Shown here piece by piece: positions 19,017 to 28,246 of a DNA stretch of 64,000 nucleotides. The stretch's first letter is position 1, and each line of letters opens with the position of its first letter. The notes under the pieces are model-generated. The model searched no databases and was not told where the DNA came from. It saw nothing but the letters and a program-made list of their open reading frames with translations. The position numbers and the translations under genes were made by a program. Source of the stretch: a virus (Duplodnaviria; Caudoviricetes); the IMG/VR virus record IMGVR_UViG_3300032216_001376, positions 2,081 to 66,080 of that record; one strand, written 5' to 3'.

Positions 19017-19640
19017 TTATGTGTATGTGAATGCACCATGCAGTGTAGAAGTTCCAAATGTAGATATGATTGACACGTCTACAATACCTGTAATTGTATA
19101 CACTGGTGTAACCGCAGTCATTTGTGTTGGGCTTACAATATTAAAGCTTGCCGCGTTGGTTCCACCAATCTTAACATTTGTAATGTTAACAAAGTTAGTG
19201 CCAGTAATCGTTATGTTAGTGCCACCAGCCAATGGCCCCGTTGTGGGGGATATAGAATACAACGACGGTATGGTGGATGATGGAAAGAACTGGTAAATAC
19301 TGTCTAGGTTTAAGTCACCCTGCGGTACCGTTCCTGGCTCTACGCCAGTAACAAAGAACGAGTTATCGTTTTGGAATCCATTTTCTGTAACAATTTGATT
19401 GCCTGCTACTGGACCCGTTGCTATATCAATGTCGGGTCTTGGGAACCGTAATGCTATGTTTTCTGTTTGTCTTGCTGGTAACCGCCAAGGGTCAAAATTA
19501 TCTAAATCATCCTTACACACGCGCATGCCGGGGAAGTTCGGATCTGGCATTAAGTCCACGTAGGCAAACTTTCTACTACAGCGGTCACAGACCGCCACAG
19601 ACAGTACAGAATTACCTCGAGTGTCAAGGTAGACTGACAT
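19017..19640 (-). CDS. Head-associated protein: Cys-rich N-terminal domain plus IPT/TIG (Ig-like) domain
   Basis: CDRC...C...D.FDP....RFPRPD; ISPTTGPLAGGTNITITGTNF IPT signature. Confidence 0.7.
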   Translation of the reverse strand: MSVYLDTRGNSVLSVAVCDRCSRKFAYVDLMPDPNFPGMRVCKDDLDNFDPWRLPARQTENIALRFPRPDIDIATGPVAGNQIVTENGFQNDNSFFVTGVEPGTVPQGDLNLDSIYQFFPSSTIPSLYSISPTTGPLAGGTNITITGTNFVNITNVKIGGTNAASFNIVSPTQMTAVTPVYTITGIVDVSIISTFGTSTLHGAFTYT

Positions 19641-19642
19641 GA

Positions 19643-20434
19643 TTAGGCAGTCTGGCTATCGTTTTTAATTAACTTACCAGTAATAATTACACCCGCAGCA
19701 ATTGTGGTTGCGGTGCTTGTCACCAACTGCCACTGAATGTCAGTTTTTTCTGTGTAAGCAAACGGCTCAGATGATCTGTTAACTACATAAATAGACACAA
19801 ATGGTTGCTGTAAAACAGCTAATTTAACGCCCGTTGTGTTATTAATTGCTTGTACTGAGTAAGTCACAATGTTTGATGACGTGTAACTATTTGACGTGTT
19901 AACTTCAGCTAAGTCTAAATAAAACGTATAGCCAGCGGGAACTGTATAAACCGTGCTTTGTGACTTACCAATACCAGCATTAATTTGTGACACAATGTTT
20001 GACGATTGCTTTAAAGTAATTGTGCCAACGTTAGTTGTCTGGCTAGTACCTGGTGTGGTCATTATCATACTGTTAACACGGAAGTAGCTGTTAACTGTTG
20101 TAACGCCCGTTACACCGTTTAAAGCCAATGTTTCTGATATAGGATTAAAGTTTGAATCCAAACCACTAATAAAAACTTTTGCTGTTGTGTTATCAGACGC
20201 TGACGTGCTAACTAATGTAAGCGTTGAAGCGGACGTAATGTAAGTGTACGCTGTTGCGTTTTCCCACACAGGAACTTTTGTGTTCCCAATAGCAGCTTGA
20301 TAACCAAAAAGACTAAGTACTTGGTGACCCATAATTTGATTACGAGCAACTTGAAGGTCAAAGGGCTCATAGGCACCTTGAACCGTCACGGAATGTGGTG
20401 GAGATGTTTGTTGCAGATTTGTTGTAAGCGCCAT
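19643..20434 (-). CDS. Virion structural protein (263 aa)
   Basis: YEPFDLQVARNQI.GH...FGY motif; structural operon context. Confidence 0.6.
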   Translation of the reverse strand: MALTTNLQQTSPPHSVTVQGAYEPFDLQVARNQIMGHQVLSLFGYQAAIGNTKVPVWENATAYTYITSASTLTLVSTSASDNTTAKVFISGLDSNFNPISETLALNGVTGVTTVNSYFRVNSMIMTTPGTSQTTNVGTITLKQSSNIVSQINAGIGKSQSTVYTVPAGYTFYLDLAEVNTSNSYTSSNIVTYSVQAINNTTGVKLAVLQQPFVSIYVVNRSSEPFAYTEKTDIQWQLVTSTATTIAAGVIITGKLIKNDSQTA

Positions 20435-20486
20435 AATTAATTTCCTTAAATGTTAGACAAAGGGGGCGAACCCCCTAGGTAATTAA

Positions 20487-21014
20487 TTAGTTGTTTGTGT
20501 AACCGGAGCCGTAGGCAACAATAGAACCGTCAAAGTTACGGGCTAAGTACTCAACCACAAATACTCCAGCCAATGTGCCTGTCACGCCAGATGTTGAGCC
20601 AACGGTAAAGGTTACTGTTGCATCAGATGTTCCAACGCTTAGTGCTGCCGTTGCTGTAGTTGTAGCTGTGAAAGCCATGTTGATAACACCACCTGTTGTT
20701 AACGGTGTAATTGTACCAACTGTAACACCACCAACGGCAACGGTAATGACTAATCCAGTAAATGCTGATGGAGCTGTTGTTTCAATAAGTTTTACGTTAT
20801 AAACTAACGCGCCAGCCGGCAAAACCACTGGATCTGCTGTAGTGGACGCACTACCTGTTCCGTAAGTTGTGATTGCTCCAGCAGCGTTTACGCCAGAGAA
20901 AGAAACTGGTTGGGCACACATAACTACGCCAGTGTTGTCTAGGGCGATTGTGCCGTTGTTTGTTGGGTTGTTGCGTTTAAATACACGAATTGGTTGTGTA
21001 AATGTACTGGACAT
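20487..21014 (-). CDS. Minor capsid/decoration-like protein (175 aa)
   Basis: First gene after the MCP terminator, with its own late promoter; TFT.PIR N-terminus. Confidence 0.55.
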   Translation of the reverse strand: MSSTFTQPIRVFKRNNPTNNGTIALDNTGVVMCAQPVSFSGVNAAGAITTYGTGSASTTADPVVLPAGALVYNVKLIETTAPSAFTGLVITVAVGGVTVGTITPLTTGGVINMAFTATTTATAALSVGTSDATVTFTVGSTSGVTGTLAGVFVVEYLARNFDGSIVAYGSGYTNN

Positions 21015-21038
21015 TATAATTCCTTATCTTAGTGGCTA

Positions 21039-21092
21039 TCTCAAACTGTCTCTAAGTCGTCTCGCTGGGAAGGGTCAGCGGTCAGTATGAGA
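21039..21092 (-). ncRNA. Putative structured 5' leader (cis-regulatory RNA)
   Basis: TCTCA-T-ACTG pairs with CAGT-T-TGAGA, enclosing a CGCTG/CAGCG hairpin and a 14-nt purine-rich bulge. Confidence 0.4.
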
Positions 21093-21107
21093 TTAATCTT
21101 CCTATTT

Positions 21108-21140
21108 CTATTAATGCAAATTAAATGGATTTTCCGCCCT
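21108..21140 (-). promoter_or_regulatory. Phage late promoter, class A (AGGGCGG-N16-GCATTAATAG)
   Basis: Exact motif between the MCP terminator and the next gene. Confidence 0.75.
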
Positions 21141-21147
21141 AAAATGC

Positions 21148-21173
21148 AAAAAACCCACCTTGTGGGTGGGCTT
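21148..21173 (-). terminator. Intrinsic terminator after the major capsid gene
   Basis: CCCACC-CACAA-GGTGGG followed by T6. Confidence 0.75.
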
Positions 21174-21196
21174 TCTGTTTTTTGTGGTTTATTGGA

Positions 21197-22114
21197 TTAT
21201 AAACCTGCTGTACCAAAGATATTACGGGCATCGTGCCATCCTGTGGCGTAACGCTCAGTAGCTTTGTAGCGCATGCTATCAGTCTCAAAGTCCCCCTCCA
21301 TGGATTTTTCCATAGGACGACGCATAATTAGCATTAAGCCGTTTTCTGCGTCAGTCTGGATCCACCAAGCTTTGCTTGAGCTCAAACGAGTAACAACGTG
21401 TGCGCCTTTTGGCAACATACCTGTTGACTTGATTGGGTTCAAATCGTTGTCAGCTGTGCCAGAACGGAGAACAGACTTGAGGATAACCTCTGCCTGGAAC
21501 TCGAGTGCTGGAGGAACAACTAACTGCTCTGCTTTCAAGCGAATACGCTTACCGTTGTTGTCAACAGCAGAGCGAATTTGAATTAACAACTGTTCAACAG
21601 AAGTTTGGCTCAAAGAAGCAGCTGTAGATAACTGGTTAGAGTAAGAAGCGCCGTTAGCGATTGGGTGTGCTGTGTTGATCAATGTTACGCCATCACCACC
21701 GATGTAGCCTGCTGTGAAAGCAAAGTTCAGAATGTTTGCACATAATGTTTCTTTGGTTTCAATCATAGACTGCGCTAAGTGTTTAGCAAACGTTGAGCCG
21801 ATACGGATGTGATCACCATCTTCCATCAACACTTTGGTCATAGCGTACGCTAAACCATAGATTTGATAGATGAAACGTGTGATGTACAATGTACCACCCT
21901 GGTCGTAGCTGACAGGAGTTCCGTCAGGCATCGCAGGAGCAGCATTCATACCATACAACATTACTTCTTCGTGGTAATTACGTGGAATACCTTGGATTTG
22001 TTCTACGAATCCCTTCCACTCGTCATCGCGTTGTTCATAAACGCCATCAAAGACTTCGTTGATAATCGGTTCGACTACCGCACGAAAGTCGGTACTACGC
22101 ATTGGAGTTGCCAT
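21197..22114 (-). CDS. Major capsid protein (305 aa)
   Basis: L.EDG....GS...K.LA.SM.ETKE...AN; G.DGV.L....HP; L.VPP.L.F.A; DFETDS.RYKATERY..GW.D.R. Confidence 0.9.
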   Translation of the reverse strand: MATPMRSTDFRAVVEPIINEVFDGVYEQRDDEWKGFVEQIQGIPRNYHEEVMLYGMNAAPAMPDGTPVSYDQGGTLYITRFIYQIYGLAYAMTKVLMEDGDHIRIGSTFAKHLAQSMIETKETLCANILNFAFTAGYIGGDGVTLINTAHPIANGASYSNQLSTAASLSQTSVEQLLIQIRSAVDNNGKRIRLKAEQLVVPPALEFQAEVILKSVLRSGTADNDLNPIKSTGMLPKGAHVVTRLSSSKAWWIQTDAENGLMLIMRRPMEKSMEGDFETDSMRYKATERYATGWHDARNIFGTAGL

Positions 22115-22132
22115 AGCTATATCCTTTCGTTA

Positions 22133-22798
22133 TTATACAGAGACTGACGGAGCAGCGAACTGATTGTTACAAATCTGAACTTGAACGATTGTGTAAGTGT
22201 CACCCCAAGCATTTGTATTGCCTGCTGGGTATGCTACTTCACGTCCAAGTCCAACCACACGAACTTGACCTTGTGCGCCAGAAGAAACAGCACTTGCCGC
22301 TAACGCTGTAGTAGAGAAGCCCGCACCACCGTTACCGATAGCGTAACCATCGGATACTGTGTAGCCAGTAGTTGTGTCAAAGTTGTATTCAGTACCAATA
22401 GCTGCTGAAGTTGCAGAGCCATTGATTTGTGCTTCATACACGAGTGCTGGATCAGAGAAGATCCAGAAAACGATGTTTGTAGCAGCATCAAGAGTTGTTT
22501 TAGCAGCGTATTTAGCCACTGAACGACGGCCTTCAGCGGATGTATATTCTACACCGTTGAATACGCCATATACTTTACCGCTTGAAGCAGTTTGGTTTGC
22601 AATTGTCAATTGACCAGAAGATGTGATCGCTACAGGTTGGAACTGCCAGAAAGACTGGCCAGAAGACAACGAGTAAGGAGCAGAATATCCAGATACTCCA
22701 GTAACAAAGGTGTTAGTACCAGCGAATGGTACTGCACGATCTAAGCCACTTGGGTGGTATGCAGGTTTCAGGCCAAAGGGTTGAAATGTTGTTGACAT
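22133..22798 (-). CDS. Capsid cement/decoration protein (221 aa)
   Basis: PFGLKP N-terminus, GVFNGVEY, DP..VYEAQ; conserved position just upstream of MCP. Confidence 0.65.
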   Translation of the reverse strand: MSTTFQPFGLKPAYHPSGLDRAVPFAGTNTFVTGVSGYSAPYSLSSGQSFWQFQPVAITSSGQLTIANQTASSGKVYGVFNGVEYTSAEGRRSVAKYAAKTTLDAATNIVFWIFSDPALVYEAQINGSATSAAIGTEYNFDTTTGYTVSDGYAIGNGGAGFSTTALAASAVSSGAQGQVRVVGLGREVAYPAGNTNAWGDTYTIVQVQICNNQFAAPSVSV

Positions 22799-22825
22799 TT
22801 ATTTTTTCCTTTGTTTTTAAGTTTG

Positions 22826-23377
22826 TTATTGGAAACGAATATTGCTATTCGCTTTTTGTGCTTCTTTTTCCATTTCCAAGATTCCGCCTTCAAGAATAGA
22901 TCTGCCACCCTTGCCTTCTTGTGCAGTGCTTCTTACCTGTGCGGTAATGTTGCGCTGGTGTTCAAGTGGGTCTTCTAGGTGTAACATTTTCATAACTTCT
23001 TGGTAGACGTCTTCTGGTAATTTAAAAAGAACCATCTCATTGCAAGAAACACAGCCTTCAAACTTGCCCGAGTTCATCTTACCTAGTCCTTCAAAGCTTT
23101 TGCCTAACTCCGCAGCTTTAACTGGTTCATAACCCAACGCCATACGTTTGTCGATACTGTCATAAGTATTAGTTGTTGACAACCAACACAAATGCATCCC
23201 GGGGATTGAATCCTTTGGGATGTCGGGCAGCGCACTGTTTGCCCATTTATCACGGAACGCGTCAAGGCGTTCCCGGTGCGCAATAGAAGAACTATCTAAT
23301 GTGGTTCTGTCTTTAACTTCTTGTATACGATCCGCTAAACGATCGTCTAAATCTCTTTTTATTCTAGTATTTGCCAT
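22826..23377 (-). CDS. Head-module hypothetical protein (183 aa)
   Basis: LP.IP...PG.H.CWLSTTN..D.I.KR..LGYEPV motif; between scaffold and cement genes. Confidence 0.6.
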   Translation of the reverse strand: MANTRIKRDLDDRLADRIQEVKDRTTLDSSSIAHRERLDAFRDKWANSALPDIPKDSIPGMHLCWLSTTNTYDSIDKRMALGYEPVKAAELGKSFEGLGKMNSGKFEGCVSCNEMVLFKLPEDVYQEVMKMLHLEDPLEHQRNITAQVRSTAQEGKGGRSILEGGILEMEKEAQKANSNIRFQ

Positions 23378-23382
23378 TTCAA

Positions 23383-24369
23383 TTATCCTTTATTTGCACG
23401 ATCATACGCAGCATAGGCGCGGATCATTTTGTTTCGTTTCTCAACACTATCCCAAGCTCCCGCGTCTTTAATCGCTTGCACTCTATCACGACTTAGTGTG
23501 ATTGTCCCAGGTTTATTACTGGTTGACTGTGCTGTGCGACTTGACGCCGTTGGGTTTGCTCGTTTTGCGCCGCCTTTACTTGAGTATCGGTGTGGTAAAC
23601 GGTTTGATAAACGACTATCTAGCTCTTCCCAATACTCTGGGTCCGCTGGGTCCCACCCATCGGCAGCTAGTTCGGAGTCTATTACTTTGGCAATTCTACT
23701 GTCTGTATCTCGCGCCTGTGGGTCGTACCAAGAATTTCTTTTTAACCACTGTGTCGCATTTTGTTGAATTTCATTGGCCGCCGGATTGGGCACGTTTTGT
23801 TTTGGCGATTTGGCCGCCTCAACTTGTTGTTTCTTATAATGTTGAACCTGTTGCAGTCGCTGCTTGGCGTCTGTTAACTGTTCTAAATATTCTACTTGAG
23901 CGGCTGCGTCGCCTCGTTGAGCCGCGTCTAGCATTTTCATTTTTGCGTACTCAACACGGGTTGCCTCGTCTTCAAGGGCCTTATCAATCTGCGCAAATTC
24001 ATACGATGCTGCAGTATTTTCTACCGCGGCCAATCTTTTTGCTAGTTCTTCATTTCTGCGCTCAAGTGCTGAAATTTTATGTTTTGCGGATACTTCACGC
24101 TGTTTTGAAAGCTCTTTTTTTAGCTTACGTTCTTCACGTCTAGCCTCGCGAATTTTCTCGCGCTCTTCTTCTGTCTCATTTTCATCTGCTTCGTTGGTGT
24201 CTGATTCGTTTTGATCTGTGTCATCGTCAACGGAACCACCTTCGGCTTTTTCTTCTACTTCGTCGTCCAGTACGTCGTCTGGATGCTCACCGACGCTCGC
24301 TATTACTGTACCATCTTCACGTTCTTTAATTGGAACATCTTTTTCATTTTCACTCATACTTTTTCCCAA
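23383..24369 (-). CDS. Capsid scaffolding protein
   Basis: Acidic N-terminus, long coiled coil, W..RN.WY...D...A..ID..L...G.DP..Y..ELD.R; C-terminal helix. Confidence 0.75.
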   Translation of the reverse strand: MGKSMSENEKDVPIKEREDGTVIASVGEHPDDVLDDEVEEKAEGGSVDDDTDQNESDTNEADENETEEEREKIREARREERKLKKELSKQREVSAKHKISALERRNEELAKRLAAVENTAASYEFAQIDKALEDEATRVEYAKMKMLDAAQRGDAAAQVEYLEQLTDAKQRLQQVQHYKKQQVEAAKSPKQNVPNPAANEIQQNATQWLKRNSWYDPQARDTDSRIAKVIDSELAADGWDPADPEYWEELDSRLSNRLPHRYSSKGGAKRANPTASSRTAQSTSNKPGTITLSRDRVQAIKDAGAWDSVEKRNKMIRAYAAYDRANKG

Positions 24370-24376
24370 AAGTTAA

Positions 24377-24814
24377 TTAATCAACAAACGCTTTCATTTT
24401 TTGTGCGTGAGCAAAGCTCTTAATACGTGAAATGATTTCTCGTGCTTGTAGTGTGATAAACACTACGGCTGCACCACCATCTCCTGCATCAATTACACAA
24501 CGATCGCCACCATACTTAATTGTACGCACTAAGTCACCCTCTTTACACCACGGTCCCTCAATCCAATTGCTTAGATCGTCTAGGTTACGGTACGCTAACG
24601 GGCCTACTTGAATTACTTTGGCTACGGTTTCGTTAAACTTAATCGTCTGTCTGGTTTCATCAACTAAGATGATCCCACCCTTGCTGGTTATTTTTTCACG
24701 TCTTAGTTGGACTAAAACACGGTCACCAGCCACGTCAATACCATGATCTACAACAGGAAAACACTCCTCTTCCGTGCGTAAATCCGGCTCGTCTTTTTCT
24801 TTTACGTCAATCAC
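24377..24814 (-). CDS. groES: Co-chaperonin GroES/Cpn10-like protein
   Basis: GDRVLV...TSKGGIIL...AKVIQVGP.AY...WCKEGD.V...KYGG. Confidence 0.8.
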   Translation of the reverse strand: MIDVKEKDEPDLRTEEECFPVVDHGIDVAGDRVLVQLRREKITSKGGIILVDETRQTIKFNETVAKVIQVGPLAYRNLDDLSNWIEGPWCKEGDLVRTIKYGGDRCVIDAGDGGAAVVFITLQAREIISRIKSFAHAQKMKAFVD

Positions 24815-24834
24815 TCTACAGTGCTCCTTAACCT

Positions 24835-25026
24835 TTACAGGTCTTCGTCATCTTCCGATAAAATTGCTTCAATAATCGCTAGGGCATCGGACAAACCCTC
24901 GCGCTTACCGACAAGTCTTTGATACGAGTCAAAGCTATGTACGTTTGCACCAGAAGCTATCGCCTCTGTCATGTCTTTTTGTGTGTTCTTAATCCTCTTC
25001 AGGATCTCACTTAAAATGTCTTTCAT
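24835..25026 (-). CDS. Small helical hypothetical protein (63 aa), probably leaderless
   Basis: Y..LVG..EGL..AL..I motif; ATG 7 nt after the promoter ATTAAT. Confidence 0.65.
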   Translation of the reverse strand: MKDILSEILKRIKNTQKDMTEAIASGANVHSFDSYQRLVGKREGLSDALAIIEAILSEDDEDL

Positions 25027-25030
25027 AATT

Positions 25031-25063
25031 CTATTAATACAAAAGAGCTAAAAAATCCGCCCT
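25031..25063 (-). promoter_or_regulatory. Phage late promoter, class A (AGGGCGG-N16-GTATTAATAG)
   Basis: Matches the motif and spacing. Confidence 0.7.
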
Positions 25064-25068
25064 TACAA

Positions 25069-25284
25069 TTAATAAAAATTGCCACCACCAATTTCATTAA
25101 GGTTTTTATCTGGTCCAACTTTAGGTGATTTAGCCATTTTAGCTTGTTTAGCTCCGGCCTTCCAGTTGTTGTCGCGGTGTGAGCCTGACGCTCCGTTTTC
25201 TACTTTTTGGTCGGGGCCACCAGCGTAACCTGGAGTGCCAGTCATCTTGTATGCTTTTTTGTAGCCTAGTTCTTTTTCTGCCAT
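25069..25284 (-). CDS. Small basic head-module protein (71 aa)
   Basis: Directly after the portal gene; K/G-rich. Confidence 0.6.
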   Translation of the reverse strand: MAEKELGYKKAYKMTGTPGYAGGPDQKVENGASGSHRDNNWKAGAKQAKMAKSPKVGPDKNLNEIGGGNFY

Positions 25285-25285
25285 G

Positions 25286-28183
25286 TTATTGTCCTTCTTG
25301 CGGTTGTGATTGCGGTTGCGGTTGCTGCATTTGTTGTTCTATTGTGTTTTGGTGCTGTTGATCATTTTGCACTACTTGCTGCTGATGTTGTTGATCATTT
25401 TGCATTAATTGCTGCTGATGCTGTTGATCAGCTAGTCCAATTTGTGCTTGGTGTTGTGCATCTTGTTGTGCTTGCTGCTTTACCATTTCGGCCTGTTGTT
25501 GGAAGTTTTGCTGCTCAATTGACAATCCATGCTGCCTAATGTCTTGATTGGCTGCGGCAATTGCCTCCATAGCTGACATGTCTTGTTCGTGTTCCAACTG
25601 CATTTGTTGCTGATCCATTTGAGCGCCGGCTGTAATCATTGCCACACGCTCGCGCGCGGCGTTGTTAATGTTAGCCATTGCAATGTCTGTTGCGTTGCGC
25701 TGGTTATCAATGCTGGTTTGTGTTGAGTACTTAGCCTGCAATTCCGCCACTTTTTGCTGTAATTCAGCAACCTTAAGCTGGTAGTCTTGTGTTGCTTTTT
25801 GTACATCTGACTGCATTTTGGCTTGGAACTCTTTAGCTTTACGTTCTGTTTCTGCCATTTGAGTTTTAAGAATAACCTGTGCTGTTGGATCAGCTCCTGC
25901 AGCTTCTTGTTGTTTTGCCTGATGCATTTGCTGTACTTTTTGTACTAAAGCCATAATGTCTTGCATGTACGGCTGTAAGACTTGTTGTGAGTCTTGGTCA
26001 ACAATCTTAGAGCAAAGCGCTATAGCTTGCTGTGACTCTTTATCTAACGCTTTTTCTTCGTGTAGATTTAGTACGTCTTTTCCTTCCGAGGCTTGTGCAA
26101 CAACACTACGCATAGACTGCAGATAAAACAACATTAAGTGTTGCTTGATATGTTCTAAACACACCGGAGCAAATGATGGTCCAATGACCGGGCTGCCACC
26201 GTATACCGGATTCTTTGCATACTCCAGGTGAACCTGTATGTGTGACATGTGATCTTGGTCGGGGTAGGCAGCAGCTGGTCTGCCCATCGTCATAGAAACG
26301 TTTTCTAACGCTGGGTTGGATTCTTTTGCGCCTTGTGGGTTTGGTAGTATTTGTTCCGCTTCCGGTATCTTTAGTTGTTGCACAATACGGCTGTAAACGG
26401 CGCGTAAGTCAAACATTCCGGGAGGCGCAGACGTTGCCATTTGCAACAAGGCTTGATTTTGTGCAAGACGTTGTGTCTCAGAAAAAATGTTAGGGTCTGA
26501 AACAGGGCGTACGTCGCTATTGTAGGCAAAGTCACGAACTTCTACTTCTTCGCCTGACTGATTGTCCATTTCAGACAAGTACCAGTTATTAATTCGCGAA
26601 ATAATTTTTAATGACTTGGCTTGGCTGCGGTGCAATCGTGCATGAATGCTAGAAAATACTTTGGCACCTTGCTCAATCAATGCCTGGGTTGTACCCACCG
26701 GCATGTTATTATTTGCTTCGCCAATCTTTTCTTCTGCGGTGGTTACCACACCCTTAGCCGCGTCTGTAAGCCATCCTAGAAGGTTAAATAGGACGCTAGA
26801 GGGCTGGTTAAATGGCAAGGCCATCGCCAACTTGCGCACGTCGTCAACACCTGGAGCGCCTTCAATTTCTATTACTTGCGTCGGCTCGATCCGATCAGAC
26901 TGTCCACCAATGCGTCCGCCCTTGAGTTTAAGCATTGTCTGGCTATTGTTAATATGTGCAGCGTCAAGGAGAGCACGAAGTGCGCCAGTAAGAGCGGCGC
27001 TAAGACCACCAATAAGGTGAGGTAAACCAATAGCATAAGCGCCACGCCAAGGTATAAACTTAAATTCAACGTACCAGTCCAATTTCTCAAGTTTTTCATC
27101 GCCGTCTGCCCAGTTTCTATACAAAGACAATACCTTACCGGTTGTCTCGTCGATTGTTAAAATGTAAGGTGCGCGCTTGCCGTCTGTTTTGTCATCGTCT
27201 TCCAAGCGCATAAAGCAAGTAATCTCGTATATGCGACGCAAACCGTCAATATTTTTACCGGGTAAGTCTTTGCCTTCAATTTTATTGTTTGCTTTTTCAG
27301 ACTGTGTTTGATCATTTAACGGCGCGTCGGATGAGTAAGTTGAATCAATTTCTCTGTAGATTTTTTGCTCTACGCGCTGTAAAAAAATGTCTTCTGTAAT
27401 GTCTTGTACTTCTGTTACACGCTGTGCTGTGTAAAAATTGGTAGAGGAGTAAGGTAATAGGATGTTGTCAATTGGTATCCACTCACACATTGGGCGAGTT
27501 TGTTCACTATCCCAGCGCCATTTTAAAAACTGTGAACCACCCAATGGCAACTGTGTGAGTAGCTGTTCCATCTCATCGCGGTACTCTGGAATTTGTTCTG
27601 TTAACTGCCAATTTAAAAAATTAGCCTTACGTTCTGCTATTTCTAACTTGTCTTTGTTATCCGTGCCTTTAATGTTGGCCTTAACAATGCCTTCAGGTGG
27701 AAGTAACTCTTTTGCAGAACTTGCAGCAAAGTCTACGCATGACTCCGCCATAACTGGATGAACAACTTTAGAAGCACCATCAAAAGTAGCGCCGCCAGGA
27801 GCGTCCTTACCAAGACCAGTGCGGCGTAGCCCCTCTTCATATTGCTTGTCTCTTGTTTTTCTGGCATCTTGGTCATTGTCGATAAAGTCTAAGTAGTCAT
27901 TGGCCAATTGGTCCAACGTAGCATCATCTAATGACTCGGCTAAATTTTCATAAAACTTAGGGCTGTCTTTAGGGCCCTTGGTTTGTTCCATGTTAATAAT
28001 CACGGAACCGTCTTCTAATTCAATTATTTCGCCTTCTGTTTCGCTTTCATCCAAACCCAATTTTTGCTCAAGCTCAGATATCTCTTCTTCTTGAAGCTGT
28101 TCTTTTTTAACTTCTTCGTCTTTTTTAAAATCCAAAGCTGGTAAATTACCACCTTGTTGAATCGGTATGTTTGGGTTTGCCAT
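25286..28183 (-). CDS. Portal protein (P22-like, long Gln-rich C-terminal barrel), 965 aa
   Basis: F.GAS.V.HP...E.C.DF.A; YGL...H..GGLS.A.T..LR.LLDA; PVGTT.AL.EQG; IHARLH. Confidence 0.9.
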   Translation of the reverse strand: MANPNIPIQQGGNLPALDFKKDEEVKKEQLQEEEISELEQKLGLDESETEGEIIELEDGSVIINMEQTKGPKDSPKFYENLAESLDDATLDQLANDYLDFIDNDQDARKTRDKQYEEGLRRTGLGKDAPGGATFDGASKVVHPVMAESCVDFAASSAKELLPPEGIVKANIKGTDNKDKLEIAERKANFLNWQLTEQIPEYRDEMEQLLTQLPLGGSQFLKWRWDSEQTRPMCEWIPIDNILLPYSSTNFYTAQRVTEVQDITEDIFLQRVEQKIYREIDSTYSSDAPLNDQTQSEKANNKIEGKDLPGKNIDGLRRIYEITCFMRLEDDDKTDGKRAPYILTIDETTGKVLSLYRNWADGDEKLEKLDWYVEFKFIPWRGAYAIGLPHLIGGLSAALTGALRALLDAAHINNSQTMLKLKGGRIGGQSDRIEPTQVIEIEGAPGVDDVRKLAMALPFNQPSSVLFNLLGWLTDAAKGVVTTAEEKIGEANNNMPVGTTQALIEQGAKVFSSIHARLHRSQAKSLKIISRINNWYLSEMDNQSGEEVEVRDFAYNSDVRPVSDPNIFSETQRLAQNQALLQMATSAPPGMFDLRAVYSRIVQQLKIPEAEQILPNPQGAKESNPALENVSMTMGRPAAAYPDQDHMSHIQVHLEYAKNPVYGGSPVIGPSFAPVCLEHIKQHLMLFYLQSMRSVVAQASEGKDVLNLHEEKALDKESQQAIALCSKIVDQDSQQVLQPYMQDIMALVQKVQQMHQAKQQEAAGADPTAQVILKTQMAETERKAKEFQAKMQSDVQKATQDYQLKVAELQQKVAELQAKYSTQTSIDNQRNATDIAMANINNAARERVAMITAGAQMDQQQMQLEHEQDMSAMEAIAAANQDIRQHGLSIEQQNFQQQAEMVKQQAQQDAQHQAQIGLADQQHQQQLMQNDQQHQQQVVQNDQQHQNTIEQQMQQPQPQSQPQEGQ

Positions 28184-28213
28184 TGTTTTTTAAGCCTACT
28201 GTTGGTCTTATTT

Positions 28214-28246
28214 CTATTAATGCACAAAGCGGATAATTACCGCCCT
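28214..28246 (-). promoter_or_regulatory. Phage late promoter, class A (AGGGCGG-N16-GCATTAATAG) upstream of the portal gene
   Basis: Exact motif; the TAG stop of terL forms its first bases. Confidence 0.75.
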
